From sequence record DRR723986_11044: a stretch of DNA of 63,094 bases. One strand, given 5' to 3'. Both the position numbers and the translations under genes were made by a program. A model generated the notes under the pieces. The model saw only the letters and a list, made by a program, of their open reading frames with translations, had not been told where the DNA came from and ran no database searches. Every line of letters starts with the position of its first letter. Position 1 is the first letter of the stretch. Positions 20,290-29,344 of the stretch are shown here, one piece after another.

Positions 20290-21573
20290 TTATTTTACCT
20301 GCTTTCTCTTTTTCCGTTTCTTCTTCCGCCATTCAAATGGCAGGTAACTATACGTCTCCATCGGTGTAATCACTTCATCAAACAAACCACTTGAAGAGCC
20401 ATTGGAAGTTCTGGTTTCCTTATCAGAATTCAGTATGATAGATCGCTGAGCGTGTGAAATTTCCTGCTGGAGACTTGGTGATTTGAGGAACGATTCGGTA
20501 GAACCCGTTTCATTTTTCTGAATACTTTTTAATCGATTTAACAATCCATTCACACTGTATTTTTTACCCAGTGCACTTCCGTTAAACACACATTTGGTTC
20601 GGTGGTCAACAAAAGTAATCCCATACAGCCGACCTTCTTGATTCTCCCGTTTGACCGTGACAATGCCCTGCTTCTCCAGGCATTTTATTACCTCATCCAA
20701 ACTGCTTTTATGCATCTTCAATACAGTCAGATCAATTGCTGAGCGAATGGAATTGATATATTTCTTACGTTCTGTTTTATTGAATTCAAACTTTGATTCT
20801 ATGGTATTAAGTGTAGCAGGAAAATGAAAACTGCTTGCCTTTACAGGTACCCCAACTTTATTTCCTTGACCATCCAACACCCGGTAAACCAGTCCTCTAT
20901 TTTTGAAAATTCGTGATTCTTCAGTCCCACGGTCAGCCAAAATCCGATAGCCTTTCAATAACGCATTTAGTTCAGGCAAGGAAGTGTAACTGTAGTTTCT
21001 TAACACATGTTGCAATACATTTCCAATAGCTCTCTTAGTCTCAGATTTACCATAGTCCAGTTTGGAAATCGACACAGGCTTTGCTATAAAAAGGCCCTGT
21101 TTCTGAGACTCGGCTGGCACCAAACCAAACTGTTTTTCGATGGCTTTTCGGGTCGGTTCAGACTTGAGTTTTCCGATATTATGCAAGGGAATCCGCTTGC
21201 CGTCCAGCTCAATATTGGTTGTCACAATATGCAGGTGTGGGTGGCCTGCATCGGTATGTTTATACACCAGATAAGGTTGGTTTTCAAACCCAATCCCATG
21301 CATGTATTCCTTGGCAATCTTTTGTAATTTTTCTTTTTCAAAATCCTCTCCAGGAGCAAAATTGAGAGAAATATGCACTGAATTCACTGAAGTTTTGGAG
21401 TTCAATTCAGTCAGTTTAAGCATGTATTTCAAACGAATATCTGCTGACTTGACCCCTTCCTCAACCGGATAGTTCTGGATCAAAAGCAATTCAGCCATTC
21501 CTTGTTCTACCTTATTTTCATTGTAGTGGAATGGTCGTCTTAAAGAAGCGCTGGTCTTTATGATTGCAACCAT
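20290..21573 (-). CDS. mobB: Relaxase (MOBP-type, Bacteroidota MobB)
   Basis: YNENKV, HISLNF, HTDAGHPHLHIV (HUH) and YGITFVDH motifs. Confidence 0.93.
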   Translation of the reverse strand: MVAIIKTSASLRRPFHYNENKVEQGMAELLLIQNYPVEEGVKSADIRLKYMLKLTELNSKTSVNSVHISLNFAPGEDFEKEKLQKIAKEYMHGIGFENQPYLVYKHTDAGHPHLHIVTTNIELDGKRIPLHNIGKLKSEPTRKAIEKQFGLVPAESQKQGLFIAKPVSISKLDYGKSETKRAIGNVLQHVLRNYSYTSLPELNALLKGYRILADRGTEESRIFKNRGLVYRVLDGQGNKVGVPVKASSFHFPATLNTIESKFEFNKTERKKYINSIRSAIDLTVLKMHKSSLDEVIKCLEKQGIVTVKRENQEGRLYGITFVDHRTKCVFNGSALGKKYSVNGLLNRLKSIQKNETGSTESFLKSPSLQQEISHAQRSIILNSDKETRTSNGSSSGLFDEVITPMETYSYLPFEWRKKKRKKRKQVK

Positions 21574-21947
21574 TTCGCTGCTGATTGATTGATAAAAAGG
21601 GTAACCGATTTCAGTGAATCTTCAATCACCCGCTGTAATATGTTTCCCTCAGAAAGGTGAATTTTTAGTTCATTTCCAGTAGTTGAATTTATCTTTTTCA
21701 CCAACTGATTATAGTTGGTAGCAATACCATGCAAGTCTCTCCTCAGCGATGTTAACTCGGCCAAAAGTTCCTGCATTCCGGTATCCTTATACCTCCCGAT
21801 AACAGGCTTTTTCAAAAGCAATTTTCTGGTATAATCACTTAGGCTTTCATGGACTGTCTGCCCAAATGCAGTTTGGATTTTCTCATATTCTTGGAGTGTC
21901 AGTCTAACATGCAGCCATTTGTTTCTCTTGTTTTCTTCCTTCATCAC
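21558..21947 (-). CDS. mobA: Relaxosome accessory ribbon-helix-helix protein
   Basis: WLHVRLT..EY and LSDYTRKLLL RHH pattern, GIATNYNQL motif; overlaps the relaxase start. Confidence 0.85.
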   Translation of the reverse strand: MMKEENKRNKWLHVRLTLQEYEKIQTAFGQTVHESLSDYTRKLLLKKPVIGRYKDTGMQELLAELTSLRRDLHGIATNYNQLVKKINSTTGNELKIHLSEGNILQRVIEDSLKSVTLFINQSAAKWLQS

Positions 21948-21983
21948 GATCCTTTTTCACTGTTCAACATCTTTACAAATTCC

Positions 21984-22044
21984 AACCCCACGACTTCGGA
22001 GTAAGGGGTTCAAGATCCCGGTTGTGATACAACCGTACATCTTG
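21984..22044. other. Candidate origin of transfer (nested inverted repeats)
   Basis: AACCCC(21984-89)/GGGGTT(22005-10); then CAAGAT(22011-16)/ATCTTG(22039-44) enclosing CGGTTGT-gat-ACAACCG; immediately upstream of mobA. Confidence 0.6.
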
Positions 22045-22263
22045 CCGATTTCAGAGGACACAGGAAATCCCGTTAGCTTATTGAAGGTTTATCAAGCTTT
22101 GGAAAAATCGCTGATCCATTTTATAATCCCAGTCGGTAGGTGATACAAGTATAAAAAGTGCTTGGATCATTTACCTATCCTGATCAATTTCTAAATAGGC
22201 TCATTTCATTGATAGACAGTAGTTTTAGGAAAACATTATTTCCAACTCAAAACCAAAGAAGCC

Positions 22264-22545
22264 ATGGCTATCTCATCTCTTGAAACAATTTACGATACCC
22301 TACTTGCCGTTCCAGGCATGAATGACACAGTAAAAATCGATCTGAAAATTCCCCGCAAAACCGTGTTATTACTAAGTGAAGTAATCACACGTGGAATGGA
22401 ACAAAAATCTGAACCCGGTAAAAACCCTATTCGTATTTCAAAAGAATCAGAAGAAGAGCTGAATGCTATTATCTCCGATAGCTTGGAGAAAGCGGGACTA
22501 ACTACCCTAAGTTCCAAACTTAAAAGGCTGACAAGTCAAGGCTAG
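22264..22545 (+). CDS. Hypothetical protein divergent from mobA
   Basis: Clean 93-aa ORF with A-rich upstream region; PGMNDTVKIDLKIPRK motif that I recall beside Bacteroidota mob regions. Confidence 0.7.
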   Translation: MAISSLETIYDTLLAVPGMNDTVKIDLKIPRKTVLLLSEVITRGMEQKSEPGKNPIRISKESEEELNAIISDSLEKAGLTTLSSKLKRLTSQG

Positions 22546-22613
22546 GAGAAACAGGCTACTTATTGCTAAAAAATACAGAAAGCTTAGGTATCATTACAAT
22601 GATCAAACCTACC

Positions 22614-23018
22614 TTATACAAATCGATTCATTGACGGAGGGAATGAATCGGTTTGTAAAGGGTAGATCAATCTTTTGCCAAAGCCCTGTTCCGCCGGAAC
22701 AAGGAAGTGGGCTGTGGGATCTTCTTGACTTTTTTCTGTTTTATCAGAGTCTTGAATTTTATACTTACCTCTGTCAATCAGATAAATACTCCATAAAAAT
22801 ATAATCAGCATTCCCAAGATCATCATTGGAATACTCACAAACATCATAAAACCTTCAACCATAGAACTTAAAACTGCTTTGCTATATCTGGAATAATATT
22901 GGAATCCTCCAGGTCCTCGCCGGTAAAACCTCCTACGATTCACCCATACCCTCAACGCAAAGCCTCCTCCCAAAAGACAAATTCCTACTGATACAATAAA
23001 TACTTTTTCCCAAAACAT
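22614..23018 (-). CDS. Small two-TM membrane protein
   Basis: Two hydrophobic segments flanking RRRFYRRGPGG; starts 8 nt after the rteC stop. Confidence 0.65.
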   Translation of the reverse strand: MFWEKVFIVSVGICLLGGGFALRVWVNRRRFYRRGPGGFQYYSRYSKAVLSSMVEGFMMFVSIPMMILGMLIIFLWSIYLIDRGKYKIQDSDKTEKSQEDPTAHFLVPAEQGFGKRLIYPLQTDSFPPSMNRFV

Positions 23019-23026
23019 AATTTGTC

Positions 23027-23866
23027 CTATTGATATCCCATGTCCGTATCATCCATCCGCTTCACCAAGCTTTCCTTCAGACCATCCAAAAAGATTGTTC
23101 TCCCTTTTTTCCTGCCCCTCATGCTCTGGAATGTGCGGTAGAAATTCCCAACCTTTACATGAAAGATTTTCTCCAGAATCGATATGATCATCTTCACATC
23201 ACTCTTTCCGTGATTTACAGAGCCTCTTGAATGCAGCGCATAAGCCAATTCAATCAATGCAGACTTTGAGTCCGTCCATTCATGGTTTGAATTTTTGTCC
23301 CCACTTTTACCTAGCCCCAATTCTAATTTTATTAACTGTTCTTGCATATATTCAATCAGACTTTCATAAGCCATTATTTTGGCCAACTTACTGCTGTTCA
23401 CTGTAGAAAACTCCGGGTCAAAATCAAAGGAATAATCTGGGATAAATGAAACAGGGAGAGAATTTCTTAAAAACAGCTGTTCGTCCTGGTCACACCTATC
23501 CAACTGATGGTAGATATAGAGCTGATGGTTTCTAGCAAAAAAATCCTGAATCTGATCCATTACATGATGATAATACGACTTGATGAGCTCTTTCTTTCCT
23601 ATAGGTCTTCTTGATTCAATGTATGTAAGCTCAGAATAAAATATTAGTTCTTTATAAAATAGAGGTTTGTACTCCTTAAAGAACTTTAACTCCTCGGTAC
23701 TATCAGCAAATTGATATCCCCCCATAAACAATTTAAGTTTGAGTAAAATAGCATGGACAGCTCTTCCACTTTTCTCAGCTTTTTGTATTTCGCTTGAAGT
23801 TTCTTTCGCCACCTCTTTCAGTGACAACTCCATCTCCTCAAAAAGCTTTTCTACAAATGCTTTCAT
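23027..23866 (-). CDS. rteC: RteC domain transcriptional regulator
   Basis: EELKFFKEYKP and WTDSKSALIELAYAL...FYRTF..MRGRK..RT.FLD.L signatures. Confidence 0.9.
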   Translation of the reverse strand: MKAFVEKLFEEMELSLKEVAKETSSEIQKAEKSGRAVHAILLKLKLFMGGYQFADSTEELKFFKEYKPLFYKELIFYSELTYIESRRPIGKKELIKSYYHHVMDQIQDFFARNHQLYIYHQLDRCDQDEQLFLRNSLPVSFIPDYSFDFDPEFSTVNSSKLAKIMAYESLIEYMQEQLIKLELGLGKSGDKNSNHEWTDSKSALIELAYALHSRGSVNHGKSDVKMIISILEKIFHVKVGNFYRTFQSMRGRKKGRTIFLDGLKESLVKRMDDTDMGYQ

Positions 23867-23951
23867 ATCCTCCTTATTTATTTCCAGAACTCTGATTGCC
23901 TCTCAACTCATTCAGTGCCTTTTTTTAATCCTAATACTTAGGGAATGATTA

Positions 23952-24800
23952 CTACTTCCCAGCTTCAAAACTACTCATATAAGCCTCCAGACTTTCTTTG
24001 CACTTGTCGAGAAATACAGTCCTATTTTTCTTACGCGTCTTAATTTCCAGGAAGGTTCTATAATACCCTTGCAGTTCCCTACCGAATACTTCTGCCAGAA
24101 TGGTTGCCAATTCCGTAACACTGGCATTTCCGTAATTTATTGCATTTGAAGTCTTCAGGGCATATACCAATTCCACCAAGTCCGCCTTTTTCCCAGTCCA
24201 AAGCAATTTGGGATTTTTATCCTCATTAACTGGGCTCTTTGGGTCATGTAAGAACAATAATTGATCATGGATATAGCCTGCCAATGAAAGAGTGCCCATG
24301 ATCCTGGCACAATACAAAGTATAGACAGTACAATATCTGGTATCCAGGGTATGCCAGAATAAATTCGGTTTATATACTGGCGCCTGCGCACTTCTTAAGA
24401 AAAAAACCTTGTCCTGGTTCTCTTTTCTCATTAGGAGATAATTGTAAAGGTTCTGGTTGCTTTGTAAGAACTCCTGTACACTCAGCAATTCCTTTTCGTA
24501 GAATTTTCTGATTTCATGTTCCGGCCCAGCCGGTTTGACAGACTCCATATTGAAAAGCTCGGAGAAATAGACAGACTCCCTTAGGAGGTAAGTCATATGG
24601 TGTTTGAAAAATTCTATCTCCTCCGTATCAGACGCAAATTCGTATTTGTCCATGAACAGTTTGATCTTATCCAAAGCCCTATCCACTAGGTGAAAGGCAG
24701 ATTCAAATTGGATGAGCTTGTTTTCTCCATCCATTTTCAAAACCTCCAGATCATTTTTCAGTCTGGAGATTATCTGGTCCGAAAACGCGAGAATGCTCAT
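23952..24800 (-). CDS. rteC: RteC domain transcriptional regulator (second, divergent paralogue)
   Basis: EEIEFFK and WTGKKADLVELVYAL...YYRTF.EIKTRKKNRT.FLD signatures. Confidence 0.88.
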   Translation of the reverse strand: MSILAFSDQIISRLKNDLEVLKMDGENKLIQFESAFHLVDRALDKIKLFMDKYEFASDTEEIEFFKHHMTYLLRESVYFSELFNMESVKPAGPEHEIRKFYEKELLSVQEFLQSNQNLYNYLLMRKENQDKVFFLRSAQAPVYKPNLFWHTLDTRYCTVYTLYCARIMGTLSLAGYIHDQLLFLHDPKSPVNEDKNPKLLWTGKKADLVELVYALKTSNAINYGNASVTELATILAEVFGRELQGYYRTFLEIKTRKKNRTVFLDKCKESLEAYMSSFEAGK

Positions 24801-24823
24801 AAATTAGAATTTTAAGTGAAGAA

Positions 24824-26377
24824 TCAACTCTTCCTGTAGCGTGGAGAAATCGAAAGTGACCAATGCACTGAACCTGCAATCTTGTATTTGATCTGTTTGA
24901 GGTATTTCAGAACACCGCTGTTTTCTGGTCTGTATTCTTCCCTCCATTTCTTATCCATCATCACAAATTCCTCCAATCCTTCCGCATGCAGATTTAAAAC
25001 TTCTTGCTGGGCCTCCTTGAAACTCATTCCTTTATGTTGCATCAACAACGCCACTGCATTCATAAAATCACCTCTATCAGCTTCTTTTTGGTAAGATATC
25101 AGGTCATTGGATAAGTAGATCAGCTTGGCAGCTTGCACACGGAGATCGGATGTATCTTTCCAGTCAGAAGAATCACTTGTAAAATTCTCACCTGATTCAA
25201 AAGCACAAAGGGCCAAGGCTAGATTTCCTCCTGAAAAAGCTGGCCTGATATCCTGGTATTCTTCCCAACTAGGCAGAGTCTTTTTATCCTTAAATTCCGC
25301 TTCAATTTTATTCTTTTGCATATAATTCAGAACCTCAGAAAAAATCAGCCCCTTGAGTTCTTTATTGCCCGAAACCAACACATCGAATTCTGTGGCCAGA
25401 TCACTAAAAGCATTAAGGAAAAGGGATATGCGATCAGGATTAAATCCTAGTGGTTTACCCTCCATGACGTTTACACTCCCGGATAGAAGGTAATTCCAAA
25501 AATCGGCCTTCTGTCCAATATGCAAATCATCCGTCATATCATCCATATAAAACAGCCAGAGGTAGAGCTTGGAAATCCAAACCCCTTTTTCAATATCAAT
25601 TTCCGGATACAGGCAGGAGGACAGGTAGCTGAATTTCTGATTTTTGTAGTAAGCCACCTCTTCCTTACTCCTTAGGATTGAATGAAAGTGAAATGCCCAG
25701 GATGCTGTTTGATCTTCGATGTCAGCAGCATCATTATGCACATATGCCGGAAAAGGATAATGTAAAACTTTTCCAAGTTGACCAATTTTGTCTATTGTTT
25801 TTGCTTCATACGTCTCTTTCTTGATACGAGCAGCAGTAGCATAACTTACCCCTAAGAGGCTTGCCTTTTCCTTATTAGTCAAGTCATATTTGAAAGATGG
25901 AAACTTCTCTTCAATCACCCGAATCTTATCCCGGTAGTTCATCTGGGTAAATGCATACCATTCCACATCAGCATATCGAACTTTCGCTATCTGGGATTTT
26001 GAAAAGTCTGTGAACTCAGGTATTTCCTTCAGCAATAGCGCTTCATTTAGGTAGGAAAGGCTTATGTAAACAGCTTCTCCAAAAGACTTGAAGCGATATT
26101 TACTGGGCACCTGCGTCTGATACGATTCAAAATCCATGAAGACATCCCCTGGAAAATAAAGTCTGGATAGGTTACCCATGTAATACATTCCGACCATTCC
26201 TTCCACCAGGAACCTAGATTCAATTTCCACAGTACCAGCATGGCGAATTGTAGCTTTCCGTTTAGCTGTACCTATTTCCAAAAACTCACCTACTCTTTCA
26301 AAGGCCTGAGTACTTACTTTACCTTCCAGTCCGAAGAGTTTCTTTAAAAATATTGGGTCCAAATCATACAGCTCCAT
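24824..26377 (-). CDS. Fusion: Crp/Fnr-like domain (cNMP-binding fold + HTH) joined to a class I terpene synthase
   Basis: aa 1-187 Crp-like, ending KASLLGVSYATAARIK; aa ~205-517 carry DDMTD (279-283), R378, NDLISYQKE (424-432) and W506..RY(513-514). Confidence 0.85.
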   Translation of the reverse strand: MELYDLDPIFLKKLFGLEGKVSTQAFERVGEFLEIGTAKRKATIRHAGTVEIESRFLVEGMVGMYYMGNLSRLYFPGDVFMDFESYQTQVPSKYRFKSFGEAVYISLSYLNEALLLKEIPEFTDFSKSQIAKVRYADVEWYAFTQMNYRDKIRVIEEKFPSFKYDLTNKEKASLLGVSYATAARIKKETYEAKTIDKIGQLGKVLHYPFPAYVHNDAADIEDQTASWAFHFHSILRSKEEVAYYKNQKFSYLSSCLYPEIDIEKGVWISKLYLWLFYMDDMTDDLHIGQKADFWNYLLSGSVNVMEGKPLGFNPDRISLFLNAFSDLATEFDVLVSGNKELKGLIFSEVLNYMQKNKIEAEFKDKKTLPSWEEYQDIRPAFSGGNLALALCAFESGENFTSDSSDWKDTSDLRVQAAKLIYLSNDLISYQKEADRGDFMNAVALLMQHKGMSFKEAQQEVLNLHAEGLEEFVMMDKKWREEYRPENSGVLKYLKQIKYKIAGSVHWSLSISPRYRKS

Positions 26378-26669
26378 GATGACATCTTTAGTTAGATTTC
26401 ACATTACTTCCATTTACAAAACCCCTTGCCAGAGCCTATTTTAAATTGCCTTTGCAGTTGAAGATCCAACTGTTGAACTTGCTAGTTCTGTTATTACTAA
26501 AAAAACAGTAGTCCAGTTTAAAATCCCGACACCTAAAAACCAAGTAATCAATCACTTATTTTTCAAAACCATTTAAAATTGTATAATTGATACACTTTTT
26601 AAGTTTATCACCCACCTTGTGAATTCTGGATTTTTATAATACCCAACTTTCCATCGACCATTAAAATGA

Positions 26670-27098
26670 ATGGAAAACTCAGAAAAATCAGCTATCCCAA
26701 GCATCCTGCTGATCCTCTTATGGACCTATACTGGAATTGACAAAATCCTACACTGGCAGGACAGCAGAAAAGCATTCCATAACCAGACCTTTCCTGCAGA
26801 GTTGGCAGAAGTACTGGCCTATGCAGTACCGACTATTGAGTTGCTGATTGCCTTACTCCTACTCTTTTCAGTCAGTAGATGGTGGGGATACCTCTCAAGT
26901 ATCCTCCTCCTCACCGTCTTCACCACCTATGTGGGATTGATCTGGGTAGGAGCTTTTCCCAGAGTTCCCTGCAACTGTGCGGGAGTTTTAGAAAGCTTAA
27001 GTTGGAAAGCACATTTCTGGCTTAACAGTGGAATGATTGGAATAAGTATCATCGGACTATACTTCACAAAAAAGCGGAATCCTCAGATCCCGCCTTGA
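26670..27098 (+). CDS. MauE/DoxX family redox-associated membrane protein
   Basis: LWTYTGIDK, P.IEL, four TM segments, VPCNCAGV (CxCxG) and W.AHFWLN motifs. Confidence 0.88.
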   Translation: MENSEKSAIPSILLILLWTYTGIDKILHWQDSRKAFHNQTFPAELAEVLAYAVPTIELLIALLLLFSVSRWWGYLSSILLLTVFTTYVGLIWVGAFPRVPCNCAGVLESLSWKAHFWLNSGMIGISIIGLYFTKKRNPQIPP

Positions 27099-27366
27099 GG
27101 CGTTAAGTTTTTAGTAGGTGATAGCAACTATTTCCTTAAACAATATAAACTAAATATTAATTACACCAGCATCTAAAGAGTAAATAATTAAACACTATCG
27201 CTCTGAAGAATAAAGACTTGTCACTAGGAATTTGAAAAAACGGGGCAGGAAAAGGCATTATCCCACCCCAAAAAATAGCTTAATGAAAATCAACTCAATT
27301 TACCGCATTACCTGTCTCCGAATCTGGAAGTGGAGACTCCAGACTATACTGGGTAGTGCAAGAGGG

Positions 27367-27441
27367 AGATGCCGAAAACCCTTTAAACAGAGTAGGTATT
27401 TTAACCACTTCCGGTAAACAGCATGTAGCTCAATCCGGGAA
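27367..27441 (+). ncRNA. Candidate structured RNA leader (loop-E hairpin) upstream of the peptide gene
   Basis: AGAUGCC(27367-73) pairs with GGUAUUU(27395-401) around GAA/AGUA; a second stem UUCCGG(27409-14)/CCGGGA(27435-40). The G-U pairs favour the + strand. Confidence 0.4.
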
Positions 27442-27490
27442 TCCTAAACGTTTTCCCTGTTTTTGATTTGTTAAAAAACAGGACACAACG

Positions 27491-27775
27491 ATGAATACTT
27501 TAATTAAAAGATTACCTGCTTTTGCATTTGTAATAGCAGCCTTTGCTGCATTTGCATTCAATGCTCCTGTCATAGGCAGCGAACCTACGGCAACTAAAAT
27601 CTGGACCCCAGACACTTCCCAACCTAATGGCTACCGGGATGTCACTATTCAGGTTCAATCCGAGGACTATGAGTGTAATGCCAGTGAAATGGATTGTTTG
27701 GTAGAATTCTCCAACGATAACCCTGCGACTGGCATCCCTAACGTCCTGAGCGAAGGAGAATTCGTAGAATTATAA
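27491..27775 (+). CDS. Small secreted acidic peptide with a C-x6-C pair (DUF6520-like)
   Basis: Ala/Phe-rich signal peptide (LPAFAFVIAAFAAFAF), YECNASEMDC; A-rich translation start and its own terminator. Confidence 0.75.
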   Translation: MNTLIKRLPAFAFVIAAFAAFAFNAPVIGSEPTATKIWTPDTSQPNGYRDVTIQVQSEDYECNASEMDCLVEFSNDNPATGIPNVLSEGEFVEL

Positions 27776-27794
27776 TTTAAAACTTATAGGCACT

Positions 27795-27825
27795 AACCCA
27801 AGGCTCAGCAGAGCCTTGGGTTTTT
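27795..27825 (+). terminator. Intrinsic terminator between the convergent peptide gene and susD (possibly bidirectional)
   Basis: Perfect 12-bp stem AACCCAAGGCTC-agca-GAGCCTTGGGTT followed by T-run. Confidence 0.88.
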
Positions 27826-27830
27826 ATGGA

Positions 27831-29210
27831 TTAAGGATTCTGGATTATTCCACTTCTGCTGATTTCATCCAATGGAATAGGAAATGCATATCTAGGAGAA
27901 TTAGGAGCCAATTCATATCGAATCCCATTCACTTCTCTCACCAAAGTTTCTGTTTCACCTTCCTGATTCAATCTCCTCAAATCCATCCAGCGCAACCCTC
28001 TCCCTATCAACTCTTTTCTCCGCTCTTGCAGAATTCTTTCCAATACCTCTTCTAAGTTCAATTCGGCTAATGGCACCCAAGAATCTGATTGATACCTTAA
28101 GGAAAGCAAGTCATTGAGCATACTTAATGCCTGGTCATCCTCGCCTGTTCTGACCAATGCTTCCGCAGCATTCAGGTACAATTCCCCTACACTGATCCCA
28201 CCAAAATTCTGTGTAGCCCCAGAAAGCTTTCCTGTATAATTAAAATTTCCAGAGGATGTCTCATCAAAAAAAGCAGGTTTTCTTAAATCATTTTCCTCAA
28301 AAAGATCTATCAAGGCTGAATCCACAAATACCTGAGTAGATCTCAAATAGGAATAACTAAATAAGGTGGAGTAAAATATAGTCTCCTCATCAAAGCGTGT
28401 AAAAGGTCTTCTAGCTTCTACATCTATATTATTAAAATCCAGACGATCGGTATAAATCCCCAAAGCTTCTATAGAGGATTTGGCTGCCAATTCATATTGG
28501 AAGGTATTTAGATATACTCTGGAGAGCACTCCTAAAGCTATTGCTTTGGATGGCCTGGTTTTGGGCATATTGTTTTCCGGCAACAATTCCACTGCCCTAG
28601 TCAAATCCGCATCAATTTGATCATAGCTTTCCTGTAGATTAGCTCGCTCCAGCTCCTCATTTACATCTGCAGTGGACTTGAGCACGATTCCTAACAAGGA
28701 CTCATTTCCCCCTGCTTTCTGGTAGGGCATTGCAAATTCCGATACCAATTGCAGGTAAGCATAGCCTCGGTAGAAATAAGCCGAACCAAGCAAGGTTTGG
28801 TAAAACTCACTCTGCTCCCCTTCGAAATCCTCCAATACTTCCAAGGCAACATTAGAATAAAATACCTGCTCGTACAAACTGTTCCAGTCCCCAGAGAATC
28901 CGGATGGATAAGGGTCATCTGACCAGATAAATACCGCCTGCTCAATGGGATTACTTAACGCTGCATATCCTGCATCGGAAATCCAGACCTCCTCGGATGC
29001 AATACTTGGCAAGGTTGCCTGCCCATTGAATACATTCGTATTATCCAGCAGGCTCTGCACATCTGCCAAGGTTTTGGGAACTACCAGGCTTTGATTAGGT
29101 TTGGCATCCAAAAACTCCTCGCAGGACATCAGGCCAAAGAGGCAAAAACAAGACAGCAAAAGTGCCAATCTACCTTTCTTTTGTTTAATCTGTTCTAGTA
29201 TATTTTTCAT
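27831..29210 (-). CDS. susD: RagB/SusD family outer-membrane lipoprotein
   Basis: Lipobox LMSC then EEFLDAKP; AYFYRG, ELYLNAAEA, ERRKEL..RGLRWMDLRR, YAFPIP..E. Confidence 0.93.
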   Translation of the reverse strand: MKNILEQIKQKKGRLALLLSCFCLFGLMSCEEFLDAKPNQSLVVPKTLADVQSLLDNTNVFNGQATLPSIASEEVWISDAGYAALSNPIEQAVFIWSDDPYPSGFSGDWNSLYEQVFYSNVALEVLEDFEGEQSEFYQTLLGSAYFYRGYAYLQLVSEFAMPYQKAGGNESLLGIVLKSTADVNEELERANLQESYDQIDADLTRAVELLPENNMPKTRPSKAIALGVLSRVYLNTFQYELAAKSSIEALGIYTDRLDFNNIDVEARRPFTRFDEETIFYSTLFSYSYLRSTQVFVDSALIDLFEENDLRKPAFFDETSSGNFNYTGKLSGATQNFGGISVGELYLNAAEALVRTGEDDQALSMLNDLLSLRYQSDSWVPLAELNLEEVLERILQERRKELIGRGLRWMDLRRLNQEGETETLVREVNGIRYELAPNSPRYAFPIPLDEISRSGIIQNP

Positions 29211-29344
29211 TTGATTTATAATTAATGAGTTAAAAAGGGGCCCGGGAATTTCTCCCCGGACAGGTCTAAAAGAGGAACCACCCTCACCTTATGAAGAAAT
29301 TTGATGACCGGCTCCCTTTTAATTCTTGATGATCTTTTTGCTGG

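Larger units (their letters stand above)
18278..24800. mobile_element. Mobilisation/regulatory module of a Bacteroidota conjugative or mobilisable element (boundaries not visible)
   Basis: mobC-mobB-mobA, oriT-like repeats and two rteC genes; no integrase, tra genes or att sites recognised in the window. Confidence 0.75.

Noticed and set aside
26580-26594. TGTAT-N5-ATACA palindrome between the Crp fusion and mauE as its binding site
   Set aside because: Only 5-bp arms in very AT-rich DNA, and the spacing differs from canonical Crp/Fnr boxes; too weak to call.
27232-27417. 61-aa ORF between mauE and the peptide gene
   Set aside because: TTG start, no motif, and it runs through the hairpin region, which is better explained as a structured leader.
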